A DNA stretch of 64,000 nt from positions 149,305 through 213,304 of the forward strand of contig JBDRJV010000022.1 in NCBI GenBank assembly GCA_043814605.1, given 5' to 3'. The translations under genes and the position numbers were made by a program. Shown one piece after another: positions 1 through 12,283 of this stretch (its first letter is position 1; every line of letters begins with the position of its first letter). The notes beneath the pieces are model-generated. The model did not search any database. It was not told the origin of the DNA and saw nothing but the letters and a program-made list of their open reading frames with translations. This DNA comes from Candidatus Omnitrophota bacterium (lineage in GTDB: Bacteria > Omnitrophota > Gorgyraeia > B26-G9).

Positions 1-1255
1 TCACATTTAACGAAAAAGGTTTAGGTTTTGCCCCGTAAGCAATCGATTCTAATTTCGCGATTGTTATCGGGTTCCAATCCAATAAACACAATATTTTTTT
101 CAATGTTGATATCTGCATAAGTTGCGAAAATTTTATTTTTTTGGTTTTAAATTCATTCTTATAAATACTCCGAAATAATATTTCTTCCCCAATATCTTCC
201 AACAAAAAAGACAAATAAGTTTTTGATTTATCCGCAGGAAAATCTATAATTATTTTTTCTTTATCAAAAAAACTTAATATTCTAATAATATTCTCGTGCG
301 TTAAAAATAATGGTCTTTTCTGGCGTGAAGTTAATATTTCAATCAATCCGGTGAGTTTAAAATCAGCATCAGAAGAAACTTCATAAGCAGCATTGAAGAA
401 CTTCTCAAAATTATCCGAAATTAATCCCTGCCAAATATGCTGGGAATTTTTATCAATAAAAGGGTAGAGTAAATTTCTATCAGCTGTTATGTTAAAGTCA
501 AAATTAGCTTGCAACGCCTGGTACGTCGCACCCAGACATTTTTCTCCGCTTTCTATAAATTTCCCTTGATCATCTATTTTGGCCCCAGTTGCTTCCTCTC
601 CGCCTAAGAGGACTTCTTTAATACCTAATCCACCAAATGCTGTTTTCCATCTTGTTTTATGATAAATAAAAACACTGAGTATACCTTTTATCCCCCAATA
701 AGGCTCCGGATTACGATAAAAAGTCGGCACTAAAATAATATTTGTTTTGAAATTAAAATTCATTAACCATTGTTTCATATCTTCTATTTCACTTTTCTCA
801 ACCAACATAAATACTGGTAATTCTGTTTTCTCTAGCCAGGAAACAATATTTTTTAAATACGCGATATAATCCTCTGATGCTCCCACAAAATCTGCCCCAG
901 AATTAGGATGTACTAAACAAGTAATTTTACCATCTGATTTTTTAATTAATTCTCTTAATTCTTTTTTAAGCCTCCCTGAAAAGAATTTCATGATTTTTAT
1001 TCTTTGTTTACGATCCAAAATTTTTTTTGAATCAATTTCTTTTTTCTGAATATTATTTTCTCTATTAAAAATTACAGAGGAAGATAAATCCAGCCATGTT
1101 CTCTGTATGGTTTGAGAATAAATATTGATTTGAGGCGCAAGCGTAGCCGCCGCAGTATTATTAGCGGCAAAAGAATTTACCGGGCAGATTGCCATAAAGC
1201 AAAATGCCAGATAAATAATTCCGGATATGATTTTTCTTTTAAAATACTTTCCCAT
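1..1255 (-). CDS. Exported hypothetical protein (3'-partial, >418 aa); signal peptide + LAPQINI tag
   Basis: Not in the ORF track because its stop lies outside the window. Manual translation from ATG 1255 (MGKYFKRKIISGIIYLAFCFMAICPVNSFA-ANNTAAATLAPQINIYSQTIQ...) stays open to base 1. Segment GIKEVLLGGE...KCLGATYQAL is weakly reminiscent of cysteine-hydrolase folds. Confidence 0.85.
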   Translation of the reverse strand, partial: MGKYFKRKIISGIIYLAFCFMAICPVNSFAANNTAAATLAPQINIYSQTIQRTWLDLSSSVIFNRENNIQKKEIDSKKILDRKQRIKIMKFFSGRLKKELRELIKKSDGKITCLVHPNSGADFVGASEDYIAYLKNIVSWLEKTELPVFMLVEKSEIEDMKQWLMNFNFKTNIILVPTFYRNPEPYWGIKGILSVFIYHKTRWKTAFGGLGIKEVLLGGEEATGAKIDDQGKFIESGEKCLGATYQALQANFDFNITADRNLLYPFIDKNSQHIWQGLISDNFEKFFNAAYEVSSDADFKLTGLIEILTSRQKRPLFLTHENIIRILSFFDKEKIIIDFPADKSKTYLSFLLEDIGEEILFRSIYKNEFKTKKIKFSQLMQISTLKKILCLLDWNPITIAKLESIAYGAKPKPFSLNV

Positions 1256-1293
1256 TATTTTTTCTCTATTTTTGTTAAAATCAGCGGGTATAA

Positions 1294-1322
1294 AGTATAT
1301 CACACAACACAGAACCTCGCAA
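1294..1322 (-). promoter_or_regulatory. Putative sigma70 promoter TTGCGA-17bp-(TGA)TATACT
   Basis: Consensus spacing and extended -10, about 40 bp upstream of ATG 1255; conserved with 17652..17680. Confidence 0.6.
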
Positions 1323-1369
1323 ATAAAACTAATACTGCAACATATTTGTTTGCAATTAGTTAGCAACAA

Positions 1370-2269
1370 TTAGATAGCTTGCTGGATAAAAGGTTCTAAC
1401 CGGAGTTTTCCCGGCTCAGGACTATTAACCTGCGGAATTTGGTTTTGTAACCCAGGAGAGATATTGATCAAAGTATTTTGCGCATCAACAAAAATAATCT
1501 TATTTTCAAAAAAATCTTTAACTAACATCATTTACGTTTGCGTTAATTTTGGCGATTCAAAACCAATATGCATTAAAGGCGGTAAATTTGTGCCTTGGGC
1601 ATGATAAGGCAGTGCGGAAAAAATTAAATTTGGCCACTGTTTATTTAAATTCCCAAAAGCTTTCCTTGAAGGAGTTTCCGCATTGAAAATTATGGCTTTT
1701 TTATGTTGCCAATTCGGATCGTGCGCAAGTAAAAGCCATAACAAACTTATTCCCACACCTGCTTTTTCTAATTCTGCGAAATTTTTAACTGCTTTTCCTC
1801 TGGGTAATCCGGGAATAAAAGTAACCACTCGCAAATTATAACGATTGGACTTGTGCAAAAACATTTTTGCCCCTTCCGGACGTTTATATTCCCAAATTGT
1901 GATTTTACCTGTTTTGGGCAAGCCATCTTCGGCAATGAAATCAAGTTCAAACCTTACACTATCAAAAACTTCATCTCCTTCATCACTATCAATAGTTGAG
2001 ATTTGATCTTTATTCACGATTTTCGTAATTTTTAGCCCTTTTATTTTCTCCAAAGCCTCCAGATTAAGCCATTCCGGTAATTTTGTCTGCGGATCAAGTA
2101 ATTCCGTTTTACTGATTAAATTCTGGCTGGCATTTTGTAAAACCGGCGAAACTATGTTCAATTTAGGCGAAAGCATATCTACTTGCGCAAAGCCAATAGG
2201 AACAATTAAGCATATGCTCAATAAAAAAAATGTGAATTTTTGAATAACTTTTGGTATTTTTTTATGCAT
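1370..2269 (-). pseudogene. Exported protein of the LSP-tag family interrupted by an in-frame TAA at 1532-1534 (245-aa ORF plus 53-aa in-frame tail); GNAT-like core possible
   Basis: Signal peptide + LSPKLNI. After the TAA the frame continues MMLVKDFF...LEPFIQQAI* to 1370. EKAGVGISLL resembles GNAT motif A. Confidence 0.6.
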
Positions 2270-2452
2270 AATTCTTTTTTTCCGACGATAGACATAATTT
2301 TTAATATATTAAAGTATACCATATTTAATAATTTTTTACTAAGTAAATGGAAGCTTACCGGTAAGAATAAAGACACAAAAAAATATACTTGCAGGATTAA
2401 TCCACTTCTAAAACATTTTTTACATTTCACGCTAACCGCTATCTGCCAAACG

Positions 2453-2935
2453 TTACAATTTATACCTTATAGTTCTTAACAGATCTTTGCGCCATTTAAT
2501 ATCTTTTTGTTTTTCAATACCCTTAGGCTTAAACCCGTCAATTACCCCGATTATCCCCCGGCCCTGGCTAGTTTCTGCAGTAATTACTTGTAAGGGATTG
2601 GCGGTTGCACAAAAAATCTGGCAAATCTCAGGCACATTTTTTAAAGCCTGCATTATATTGATCGGAAAAGCATTACGGATAAATAAAACAAAACTATGGC
2701 CAGCCCCAATTTTATAAGCTGTTTTTTCTGCGCACTTTTTCAACTCCTTATCATTGCCTTCTGAGCGTACCAGACAGGCACCACTGGCTTCGCAAAAACC
2801 TAAACCAAACTTTATACCCGGCACTGTCCCGACTAATGATTCATAAACATCTTCCACGGTTTTAATAAAATGACTTTGTCCGATAATTACATTAGCATTT
2901 TTAGGAATATTTATTAACGTATTATCAATTTCCAT
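2453..2935 (-). CDS. Adenosine-specific kinase family protein (PAE2307/DUF355-like)
   Basis: IIGQSHFIKTVED, FCEASG, GAGHSF, IFCATANPLQV, GRGIIGVIDG motifs. Confidence 0.9.
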   Translation of the reverse strand: MEIDNTLINIPKNANVIIGQSHFIKTVEDVYESLVGTVPGIKFGLGFCEASGACLVRSEGNDKELKKCAEKTAYKIGAGHSFVLFIRNAFPINIMQALKNVPEICQIFCATANPLQVITAETSQGRGIIGVIDGFKPKGIEKQKDIKWRKDLLRTIRYKL

Positions 2936-3042
2936 AAATCTGCTCCTTTGTTTTTGGGAATGTTAATTGTTAAATGTGCAATGTGTAATGTAAAATGTAC
3001 TGCTACAATATGAAGTTAATAATTTCTAGTTTTAAATATTTA

Positions 3043-3233
3043 TCTGGTAATCAAACAAAAAAAGCAGTAATCGGATAATTATGTGTAATTTTCTTTAATT
3101 TATGCATGAAGATGAAGACAGGACGTCGCAACGCCGTAAACCAGGCATGGTTTTTCGGCGGCGAAGTCTTCAGGCATAAATTATTAGAAAATGAACACAA
3201 TTTTACAAAGTGCGTTTTTATTTGATTACCAGA
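3043..3233. mobile_element. MITE-like 191-bp imperfect palindrome with 13-bp perfect terminal inverted repeats
   Basis: tctggtaatcaaa (3043-3055) / tttgattaccaga (3221-3233), with further nested complementary blocks and a GC-richer centre. Confidence 0.55.
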
Positions 3234-3329
3234 AACAGCTGATCATTCTGTTCTCTCAATACCAAGTTACAATTGTACATATAAAAAACACAAAAACTAT
3301 TTACCCTTTTCTTCTAAAAAAATTATAGC

Positions 3330-3376
3330 AAAAAAAAGGGAGACTGCAAATAAATCATTTTATCTGCAATCTCCCT
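3330..3376 (-). terminator. Intrinsic terminator after the V-ATPase operon
   Basis: Hairpin agggaga-ctgca...tgca-atctccct followed by a U8 tract on the minus strand. Confidence 0.75.
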
Positions 3377-3430
3377 CATAATTTATTAATCCCTATTACC
3401 TGTTATTTGTAACCAGCTACCTGTATCCTG

Positions 3431-5699
<2,269 letters not shown>

Positions 5700-5703
<4 letters not shown>

Positions 5704-6293
5704 GCTACGGCTACCTCCTCCATGCGTTTTTTAACAACTTTTTGTGAAGATTTAGACAAATTTTCTTCATCTTCTAAAAAACGCTTAATTTTACGAATCG
5801 ACTCCTCAAAAAAAGGAATCTGTACTTTCTCATAAAGATTAACTTTTTGTGTAGTTTTTCGGCGCGCATATTCAACTTTGTCTAAAATTTTTGCTTCATT
5901 AATCCGTTCGGCTTTTAAGCGGATTATTTGTTTTAAAATTTCAATACCTTGATAAATCCAGGCAGGATAGGAAAACAAGTTCAGATCCGCAACATCAAAA
6001 ATCACCGCATCGACAACATCAACGGTAATACTGGCGATTTTTTTAGGTTTAAAGTTTATTTTATCCAATTTTACTATGTCCGAAAATTCAACCCATAATC
6101 GGTCAATATTCGCATAAGAATTTATCACAGCTTCAATTTTTTTATCTAGTTCTATAATGTGTGTGCGGATTTTTTTAATCTCTGCCCGTAAGGCCGCTTC
6201 CTTACTTTTTAAAACCGGCAAAGCATTTTCCCTGATTTTTAAATCTTTATTGATTTGGATTAAATATGTTTTATTGTATTGAATTTTTGACAT
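5700..6293 (-). CDS. ntpD: V/A-type ATP synthase subunit D
   Basis: LPVLKSKEAALR, RKTTQKVNLYEKVQIP. Confidence 0.95.
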
Positions 6294-6299
6294 TTTTTA

Positions 6300-7631
6300 T
6301 CATTCCGCGGCTTTTAGCCAAAACTCATTGATTAATTCTTCTTTAATTCCTACTTCTTCTTTTTTAAAGTATTTCGCAAACAATTTCCAGGAAATATCCA
6401 GCATTTTATCTATATCAATATTTACATCGATTGCTAAAAGCTCCTGAGCATACTCAAACGCAAAATCAAGGGTTCTCTTATCATAATCGGTTAAATCAAA
6501 TCCGTTTTCCTGTTTAGTTTTAGCATAGGCTGCATCCGCATAAAGCCTGACGCCGGCATTCATAACCTGAGGATGGTCTTTACGGGTTCTTATGCCGATA
6601 ACTAATTGCTTTAACCGGGAAAGGCTGCGGAAAGGATCAACAATAACACAAGATATATCCGTATTCCGTCTTAAAAACAATTGTCCTTCGGTAATATAAC
6701 CTGTATTATCCGGAATCGCATGCGTAATATCTCCCCCGCTAAGCGTGGTTACGGCAATAATTGTGATTGAACCGGATTCAAATTGTGCGGCTTTTTCATA
6801 AATTTTTGCTAGATCACTGTAGAGCGACCCCGGCATACTATCTTTACTGGGAATTTGGTCCATACGATTAGATACAATACTTAAAGCATCGCAGAATAAA
6901 GTCATGTCTGTAAGCAAAACTAAAACTTTTTCTTTTTTCTCAACCGCAAAATATTCCGCAGCCGTAAGCACCATATCCGGAATTAAGAGACGTTCTACTG
7001 GAGGATCGTCATTTGTATTAATAAAACAAGTGATTTTTTCTAAAGCTCCTGCATCTTCAAAAATCCTGCGGTAATATAAATAATCATCATTCGAAAGACC
7101 CATGCCGCCTAAAATTATACGGTCCGCTCCGGCCCGCAAAGCAACATTCGCCATAACTTGATTAAACGGCTGATCCGGATCAGCAAAAAACGGAATTTTC
7201 TGGCCGGTTACTAAAGTATTATTTAAATCAATACCGGCAATTCCCGTACTAATCAATTCTGAAGGCTGTTTACGTCTGACCGGATTAACACTTGCACCGC
7301 CAATAGGAATTTTCTGGCCATCTAAATTTGGGCCTCCGTCAATCGGCTGTCCATAAGCATTAAAAAATCTGCCGGATAAATCCGGACCGACTCTTAAGGT
7401 CGGCGGCTCGCCCAGAAAAACTACGTCCACATTAGTACCAATACCCTGTGTCCCCGAAAAAACCTGCAGAGTAACTAAATCGCCTTGAATTTTTACTACC
7501 TGTGCCGGACGCCCGTCAATTAAAGCCATTTCTTCGTTAGAAATACCACTTGCCCTTAACGCACATGTTGCTTTTGTGATTTGCTCAATTTTTGTGTAAA
7601 CAGTTGTGAATGCCGGTGCCTGGCGTGTCAT
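6300..7631 (-). CDS. ntpB: V/A-type ATP synthase subunit B
   Basis: GQKIPFF, PVERLL, IPDNTGYITEGQ, DPFRSLSRLK; probable start ATG 7631 with AGGAG RBS. Confidence 0.95.
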   Translation of the reverse strand: MTRQAPAFTTVYTKIEQITKATCALRASGISNEEMALIDGRPAQVVKIQGDLVTLQVFSGTQGIGTNVDVVFLGEPPTLRVGPDLSGRFFNAYGQPIDGGPNLDGQKIPIGGASVNPVRRKQPSELISTGIAGIDLNNTLVTGQKIPFFADPDQPFNQVMANVALRAGADRIILGGMGLSNDDYLYYRRIFEDAGALEKITCFINTNDDPPVERLLIPDMVLTAAEYFAVEKKEKVLVLLTDMTLFCDALSIVSNRMDQIPSKDSMPGSLYSDLAKIYEKAAQFESGSITIIAVTTLSGGDITHAIPDNTGYITEGQLFLRRNTDISCVIVDPFRSLSRLKQLVIGIRTRKDHPQVMNAGVRLYADAAYAKTKQENGFDLTDYDKRTLDFAFEYAQELLAIDVNIDIDKMLDISWKLFAKYFKKEEVGIKEELINEFWLKAAE

Positions 7632-7650
7632 GATTTTTTCTCCTTTTTTA

Positions 7651-7843
7651 AATGAGCGCATAACTTAAGGAGCAAAGCAACTTAAGTTATTTGCGCGAAT
7701 TTATCCCGCAGCTTAAAAGCAAATTATCGCAAGGAAATTTACTTTTGTTTAAGCCAGGGGCAATGAGCACATTACTTAAGAAACAAAGTGATTTAAGTAA
7801 TCGGTGCGAATTAAACCTCGCCATGTTTTCTGGCGGGCAAATT
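7651..7843. repeat. Array of four REP-like palindromic modules (aatgagc...gcgaatt family)
   Basis: Consecutive hairpins, several ending in cgaatt; related copies at 18768-18988, 20320-20504 and 42990-43090. Confidence 0.7.
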
Positions 7844-7885
7844 ATTTAAGGTAATTTCTAGTATCAGGATAATTACCTTAGCAAA

Positions 7886-9643
7886 CTATTGAATTTTTCT
7901 TTCCATCAGCGTACTTTGCAATTCATCTTCAAATTTTTTAAACTCCTCGGACTGAAATTCAGAGTAATTCATCTGCCTAATCAGATGAATAATTTTCTTA
8001 AAGTATAATGAAATGTCTCCAAAAGCTTCAAAATCAAATTCGGTCTGACAAATATTATGAATCAAATCAAACATATAGCGTTGTCTATCCATCGGAGTTG
8101 CTTTATCTACATTATCAAAAGCATCCTGCTGCAGGAAACAAAAATCCACAAGTTCTGATTTCCAGAACCTCTGGTGATATTCAACCGGGACGCTATCATC
8201 CCCTAAAATATTTATCTGGTCATAAGCTTCTTTGCCGCGCAGTAAAATATCTTTAATATATAAAACTTTTTCAACCCAGTGCGGTTCAAAATTCTGATGC
8301 ATATACTCCTGTGCTTCTTTATATTCTAGATATTTGGAATAACTTTCCACTGTATCAATTGAGGGGTAGCGTTTACTATCCGCCCTTTTTTGTGAAAGCG
8401 CATAAAAACAACGGGCAACTTTTTTTGTAGATTCAGTTACCGGTTCTTTTAAATTACCACCGGCCGGGCTTACCGTACCAATAAAAGTAACCGATCCGGT
8501 TTTACCGTGATTAAGTTCTATGAGTCCAGCCCGAGAATAAAAATTAGCCACAATTGCAGTTAAATCCATGGGAAAAGCATCTGGCCCGGGAAGTTCTTCC
8601 ATCCGGTTTGACATTTCTCTCAAGGCTTGAGCCCAGCGTGAAGTTGAATCAGCTAAAAGTAAAATTTTCAGACCCATCTGCCGGTAATATTCAGCAATGG
8701 TCATGGCTGTATAAACAGAAGCTTCCCGTGCTGCTACCGGCATATTCGAAGTATTACAAATTATTATTGTCCGCTCGATTAATTTACGGCCTGTATTCGG
8801 ATCATCTAATTCTGGAAATTCTTTAAAAATCGCTACCACTTCATTGGCTCTTTCCCCACAAGCACAAACAATAACCATATCCACCTGGGCATTAGCCGCA
8901 ATAATATGCTGTAAAACAGTCTTGCCGCAACCAAAAGGTCCAGGGATAAATCCCGTACCGCCTTCAACAATCGGATTAACTGTATCAATAAGCCGGACTC
9001 CAGTTTGCAATGGTTTATACGCCACCAGTTTGTGCGCATAAGCACGTATCGGAACTTTTATTGGCCAGCGCTGGGACATGAACACTTCTTGGAGCTGTCC
9101 TTCTGAATCCTTTAACACCGCGATTTTATCTTTAACAGTATAGTCTCCCTTTTCCGCCAGAGAATCAATATGCCAAACACCTTCCAGCATAAAAGGAACC
9201 ATGATTTTATGTTTTATCCAATTCTCATTTACCTCACCCAGCCAATCACCGGCCTGTACACGATCTCCTTTTTTGGCTAAAGGGGAAAAACCCCATTTTT
9301 TCTCATAAGAAAAAGCTGTGGTTTTTTCCCCTCTTTTTAAAAACACACCGGTCATTGACTCTAAATCACCTTGCAATCCATCATATTTTTTAGATAAAAG
9401 CCCGGGCCCCAGTTCAACTTCCAGCATATGCTCGGTAAATTCCACAGGAGTTCCTGTTTTTAAACCGCGGGTGCTTTCAAAAACCTGGGCAAAAACCCGC
9501 TCGCCCTGGATTTTAATCACTTCGGCCTTTAACTGCACATTATCCAAACTAACATAGCATATTTCATTTTGACTTACCGGCCCATCAACTTTAATCGTAA
9601 CCAGGTTCGAGACAACTCCGATAATTATTCCTTTTGTGGACAT
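7886..9643 (-). CDS. ntpA: V/A-type ATP synthase subunit A
   Basis: Walker A GPFGCGKT, CGERANE, ADSTSRWAQALRE. Confidence 0.97.
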   Translation of the reverse strand: MSTKGIIIGVVSNLVTIKVDGPVSQNEICYVSLDNVQLKAEVIKIQGERVFAQVFESTRGLKTGTPVEFTEHMLEVELGPGLLSKKYDGLQGDLESMTGVFLKRGEKTTAFSYEKKWGFSPLAKKGDRVQAGDWLGEVNENWIKHKIMVPFMLEGVWHIDSLAEKGDYTVKDKIAVLKDSEGQLQEVFMSQRWPIKVPIRAYAHKLVAYKPLQTGVRLIDTVNPIVEGGTGFIPGPFGCGKTVLQHIIAANAQVDMVIVCACGERANEVVAIFKEFPELDDPNTGRKLIERTIIICNTSNMPVAAREASVYTAMTIAEYYRQMGLKILLLADSTSRWAQALREMSNRMEELPGPDAFPMDLTAIVANFYSRAGLIELNHGKTGSVTFIGTVSPAGGNLKEPVTESTKKVARCFYALSQKRADSKRYPSIDTVESYSKYLEYKEAQEYMHQNFEPHWVEKVLYIKDILLRGKEAYDQINILGDDSVPVEYHQRFWKSELVDFCFLQQDAFDNVDKATPMDRQRYMFDLIHNICQTEFDFEAFGDISLYFKKIIHLIRQMNYSEFQSEEFKKFEDELQSTLMERKIQ

Positions 9644-9672
9644 GATTCCTCCGAAAATTTTACACTTTTATT

Positions 9673-10512
9673 TTAATTATATAACGCTTCAACGTTAATT
9701 TGAGTTTTTGCCTGGAAAATTTCCCGGCCTTTTTTAACCTGTAAAGAAATCCAGCGCTCAACCAGCATCAATTTTACAAGATAACCTAAGAGGATATCAA
9801 TTTTAAAATAACTAAACACATTAATATCTTCAATTTTCTGCCAGCGTAATAAATCTAAATATTTTTCAAAATAAACTAAATCTTTCTTTTCAAATGCTTC
9901 CATTAACCCGGGTAAATAATCAATTTCTTTACTCAGGCCAAAATCACCAGTTTTAGATGATTTTAAATAAGCTACAACCACATTTTCATTATTTAAATCT
10001 AAAGAATCATTATTTTCTAAATTAAATTTTCTTTGGTTTAAAGCTAAAACAATATTTTTTAATTCAAAATCAAATTTAAAATATTCCCGCATAAAATAAT
10101 TATCATGCTTGAGCATTGTTTCATAAAAATATTTTTCTATTAAATTCTCTAAAAATCGGCGGGAAATCTTTTGACTTTCTTTTTGGGCAAATTCAAATTC
10201 TTGCAAGAATTTTTTGATATAGCCGGCATGTTCAAAATCCGGATTTTGCAGATTTTCTTTCCACTGGCTAAAAGTTAAATTTCCCGGGCTGGCAACCCGC
10301 GGTGTTTCCTGGCCCAAAAGCACATTTACAATATGGATATGATCATTAACCCTGAGAATATCTTTTACAAAATCATAGTGCCGGGGAGGCAGATTATCGT
10401 AAAGCTCCGTGACAAAATCGTTTACCCTGTAGGGTCCTTTATAATCATCAAGCTTTAATTGCGGCAATGATGAAACTAAATAATAATATTTATCTTCCAT
10501 TAACATAACCAA
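9673..10512 (-). CDS. DUF2764-family protein (V-ATPase subunit C-like)
   Basis: YYYLVSSLP N-terminus and RW..I...F C-terminal motif; lies between subunits E and A. Confidence 0.85.
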   Translation of the reverse strand: MVMLMEDKYYYLVSSLPQLKLDDYKGPYRVNDFVTELYDNLPPRHYDFVKDILRVNDHIHIVNVLLGQETPRVASPGNLTFSQWKENLQNPDFEHAGYIKKFLQEFEFAQKESQKISRRFLENLIEKYFYETMLKHDNYFMREYFKFDFELKNIVLALNQRKFNLENNDSLDLNNENVVVAYLKSSKTGDFGLSKEIDYLPGLMEAFEKKDLVYFEKYLDLLRWQKIEDINVFSYFKIDILLGYLVKLMLVERWISLQVKKGREIFQAKTQINVEALYN

Positions 10513-10517
10513 TTAGA

Positions 10518-11156
10518 TTATTCGGGTGATTCTGATTTTTCTGATTTAAAGAGAAAATCCCGCATCCGGGGACGCAAAAAATATTGGATTAAGGCCTTAA
10601 AATCTTCCTCCGTAAAACCAATACGAAAACTCTCATCTTTAGGGCTGATCACAAACCCACTTTTAATTTTCTCATCAAACTCGATTTCCAGCCCTTTATT
10701 TAATTCTTGTTTGCCTTTTTTTAAGAAATGTTCCTGAATATCTTTCTGAACATTTTTAGAAAGTTTTAAATAAAAATCCTGGCCCCGCTGGCAGCCAGAG
10801 CCTACCCATTCTTTCATCACAACCTCAAGAATTTTCTTTAAGAAATCTTTATCATCAAAAATTCCTTTAACCGAGGAAGACGCCACTTTTACAGAAATTA
10901 ATTCCGTAATTTTTTGTCTCAGAAGCGCCAAAGACTGGCCCGCAGCCATACGCATTTCTGATTCCACCCTATTTTTTAGTTCATCTGCTTCTTTTTTGGC
11001 TAAGTTAGTTATATCTTCTGCTTCTTGGCGGGCCGCACGCAGAATTTTCTTTTTTTCATCATTAGCTGCCTGAATAATTTTTTCCGCTTCCTGTTGGGCT
11101 TTACCTACGCCTTCATCATAAATTTGTTTTGTTAATTTTTCCAATTTATCTGTCAT
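10518..11156 (-). CDS. ntpE: V/A-type ATP synthase subunit E
   Basis: KLEKLTKQIYDEGV coiled coil; SGFVISPKD...YFLRP. Confidence 0.9.
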   Translation of the reverse strand: MTDKLEKLTKQIYDEGVGKAQQEAEKIIQAANDEKKKILRAARQEAEDITNLAKKEADELKNRVESEMRMAAGQSLALLRQKITELISVKVASSSVKGIFDDKDFLKKILEVVMKEWVGSGCQRGQDFYLKLSKNVQKDIQEHFLKKGKQELNKGLEIEFDEKIKSGFVISPKDESFRIGFTEEDFKALIQYFLRPRMRDFLFKSEKSESPE

Positions 11157-11423
11157 TTTCCACCTCTTATTTTAAAATTAAAACAATATAAGTGATTAAA
11201 ATATAATTTATAATTTAATGTCATTATTTTACACAAAATACCTGAACACGCAAAGAAAACAGTATTTTATGTTTTTTAGTATTTATAACGGATAAACAAC
11301 CCCTTTTTCAAATAACATTATAGAAAAAACCTGTTTTTTATTGTTTAAGGGATGCGGCTTTTAATCCTTATTTAAAAATTTTAAAAATTTAAAAACGTAA
11401 AAATTTTATCAATTTTTGAGATT

Positions 11424-12212
11424 TTAAATTAAAAATTCTTTTATGCGTTTAATCGTTCTGGATTTGCCGGTATTTTCTTCTATGTCAATCACTGCTCCTT
11501 GCAGCTGAACATTTTTATCCGCAACTTCAAAATGCGTGGGAGTATGGCTTAAAAAACGCATTAAAACCTGTTCAATTTTTCTGCCAATAACTGAATCAAC
11601 GGATCCGGTCATGCCGATATCCGTAATATAAGCTGTATGCTCAGCTCCGGGCAAAATCCGTTCATCTGCAGTTTGCACATGTGTATGTGTGCCAAAAACA
11701 GCACTGACCTGTGCATTCAAATACCAGCCTAAAGCAATTTTTTCACTGGTTGCCTCAGCATGCATATCCACAAGAATAATATTTGTTTCTTGTTTTATTT
11801 TTCTGATAATTTCAGTCGCCCGATAAAAAGGACAGTCCAATGATTCCATAAATACCCGGCCAACCAGATTAATCACTCCGACCTTTTGATTATTTTTGGC
11901 TTTGAGGATTGTATATCCAGCTCCGGGAACTCCCTCTGGATAATTTGCCGGGCGGATTAACCTGTCTTGAAAATTAATCACATCTAATATTTCTTTTTTC
12001 TTAAAAATGTGGTCCCCGGAAGTAACTACATCAATATGAGAATTAAGCAGTTCATTTAAAATACGCGGTGTTAACCCTGAACCACCGGCTGCATTTTCTC
12101 CGTTAGCAATAACAAAATCAATATTTTCACGCGTCTGTAATTCAGGAATTATTTTTTTTACAGCTTCCCGTCCTGGTTCACCAACAATATCACCGATTAT
12201 TAGTACCTTCAT
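11424..12212 (-). CDS. ymdB: YmdB-like metallophosphoesterase (TIGR00282 family)
   Basis: GDIVGEPGR, NGENAAGG, HAEATSEK, GTHTHVQT; downstream of rny. Confidence 0.93.
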   Translation of the reverse strand: MKVLIIGDIVGEPGREAVKKIIPELQTRENIDFVIANGENAAGGSGLTPRILNELLNSHIDVVTSGDHIFKKKEILDVINFQDRLIRPANYPEGVPGAGYTILKAKNNQKVGVINLVGRVFMESLDCPFYRATEIIRKIKQETNIILVDMHAEATSEKIALGWYLNAQVSAVFGTHTHVQTADERILPGAEHTAYITDIGMTGSVDSVIGRKIEQVLMRFLSHTPTHFEVADKNVQLQGAVIDIEENTGKSRTIKRIKEFLI

Positions 12213-12283
12213 GGATCTGCCTTTTTTAGGAGTGAGAAAAAATTATTTTCCTCACTCTTCAACCTTCACCTTATACCCTATAT

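Noticed and set aside
1532-1534. Alternative genetic code (TAA reassigned)
   Set aside because: Many conserved genes here end correctly at TAA, and RF1 looks normal
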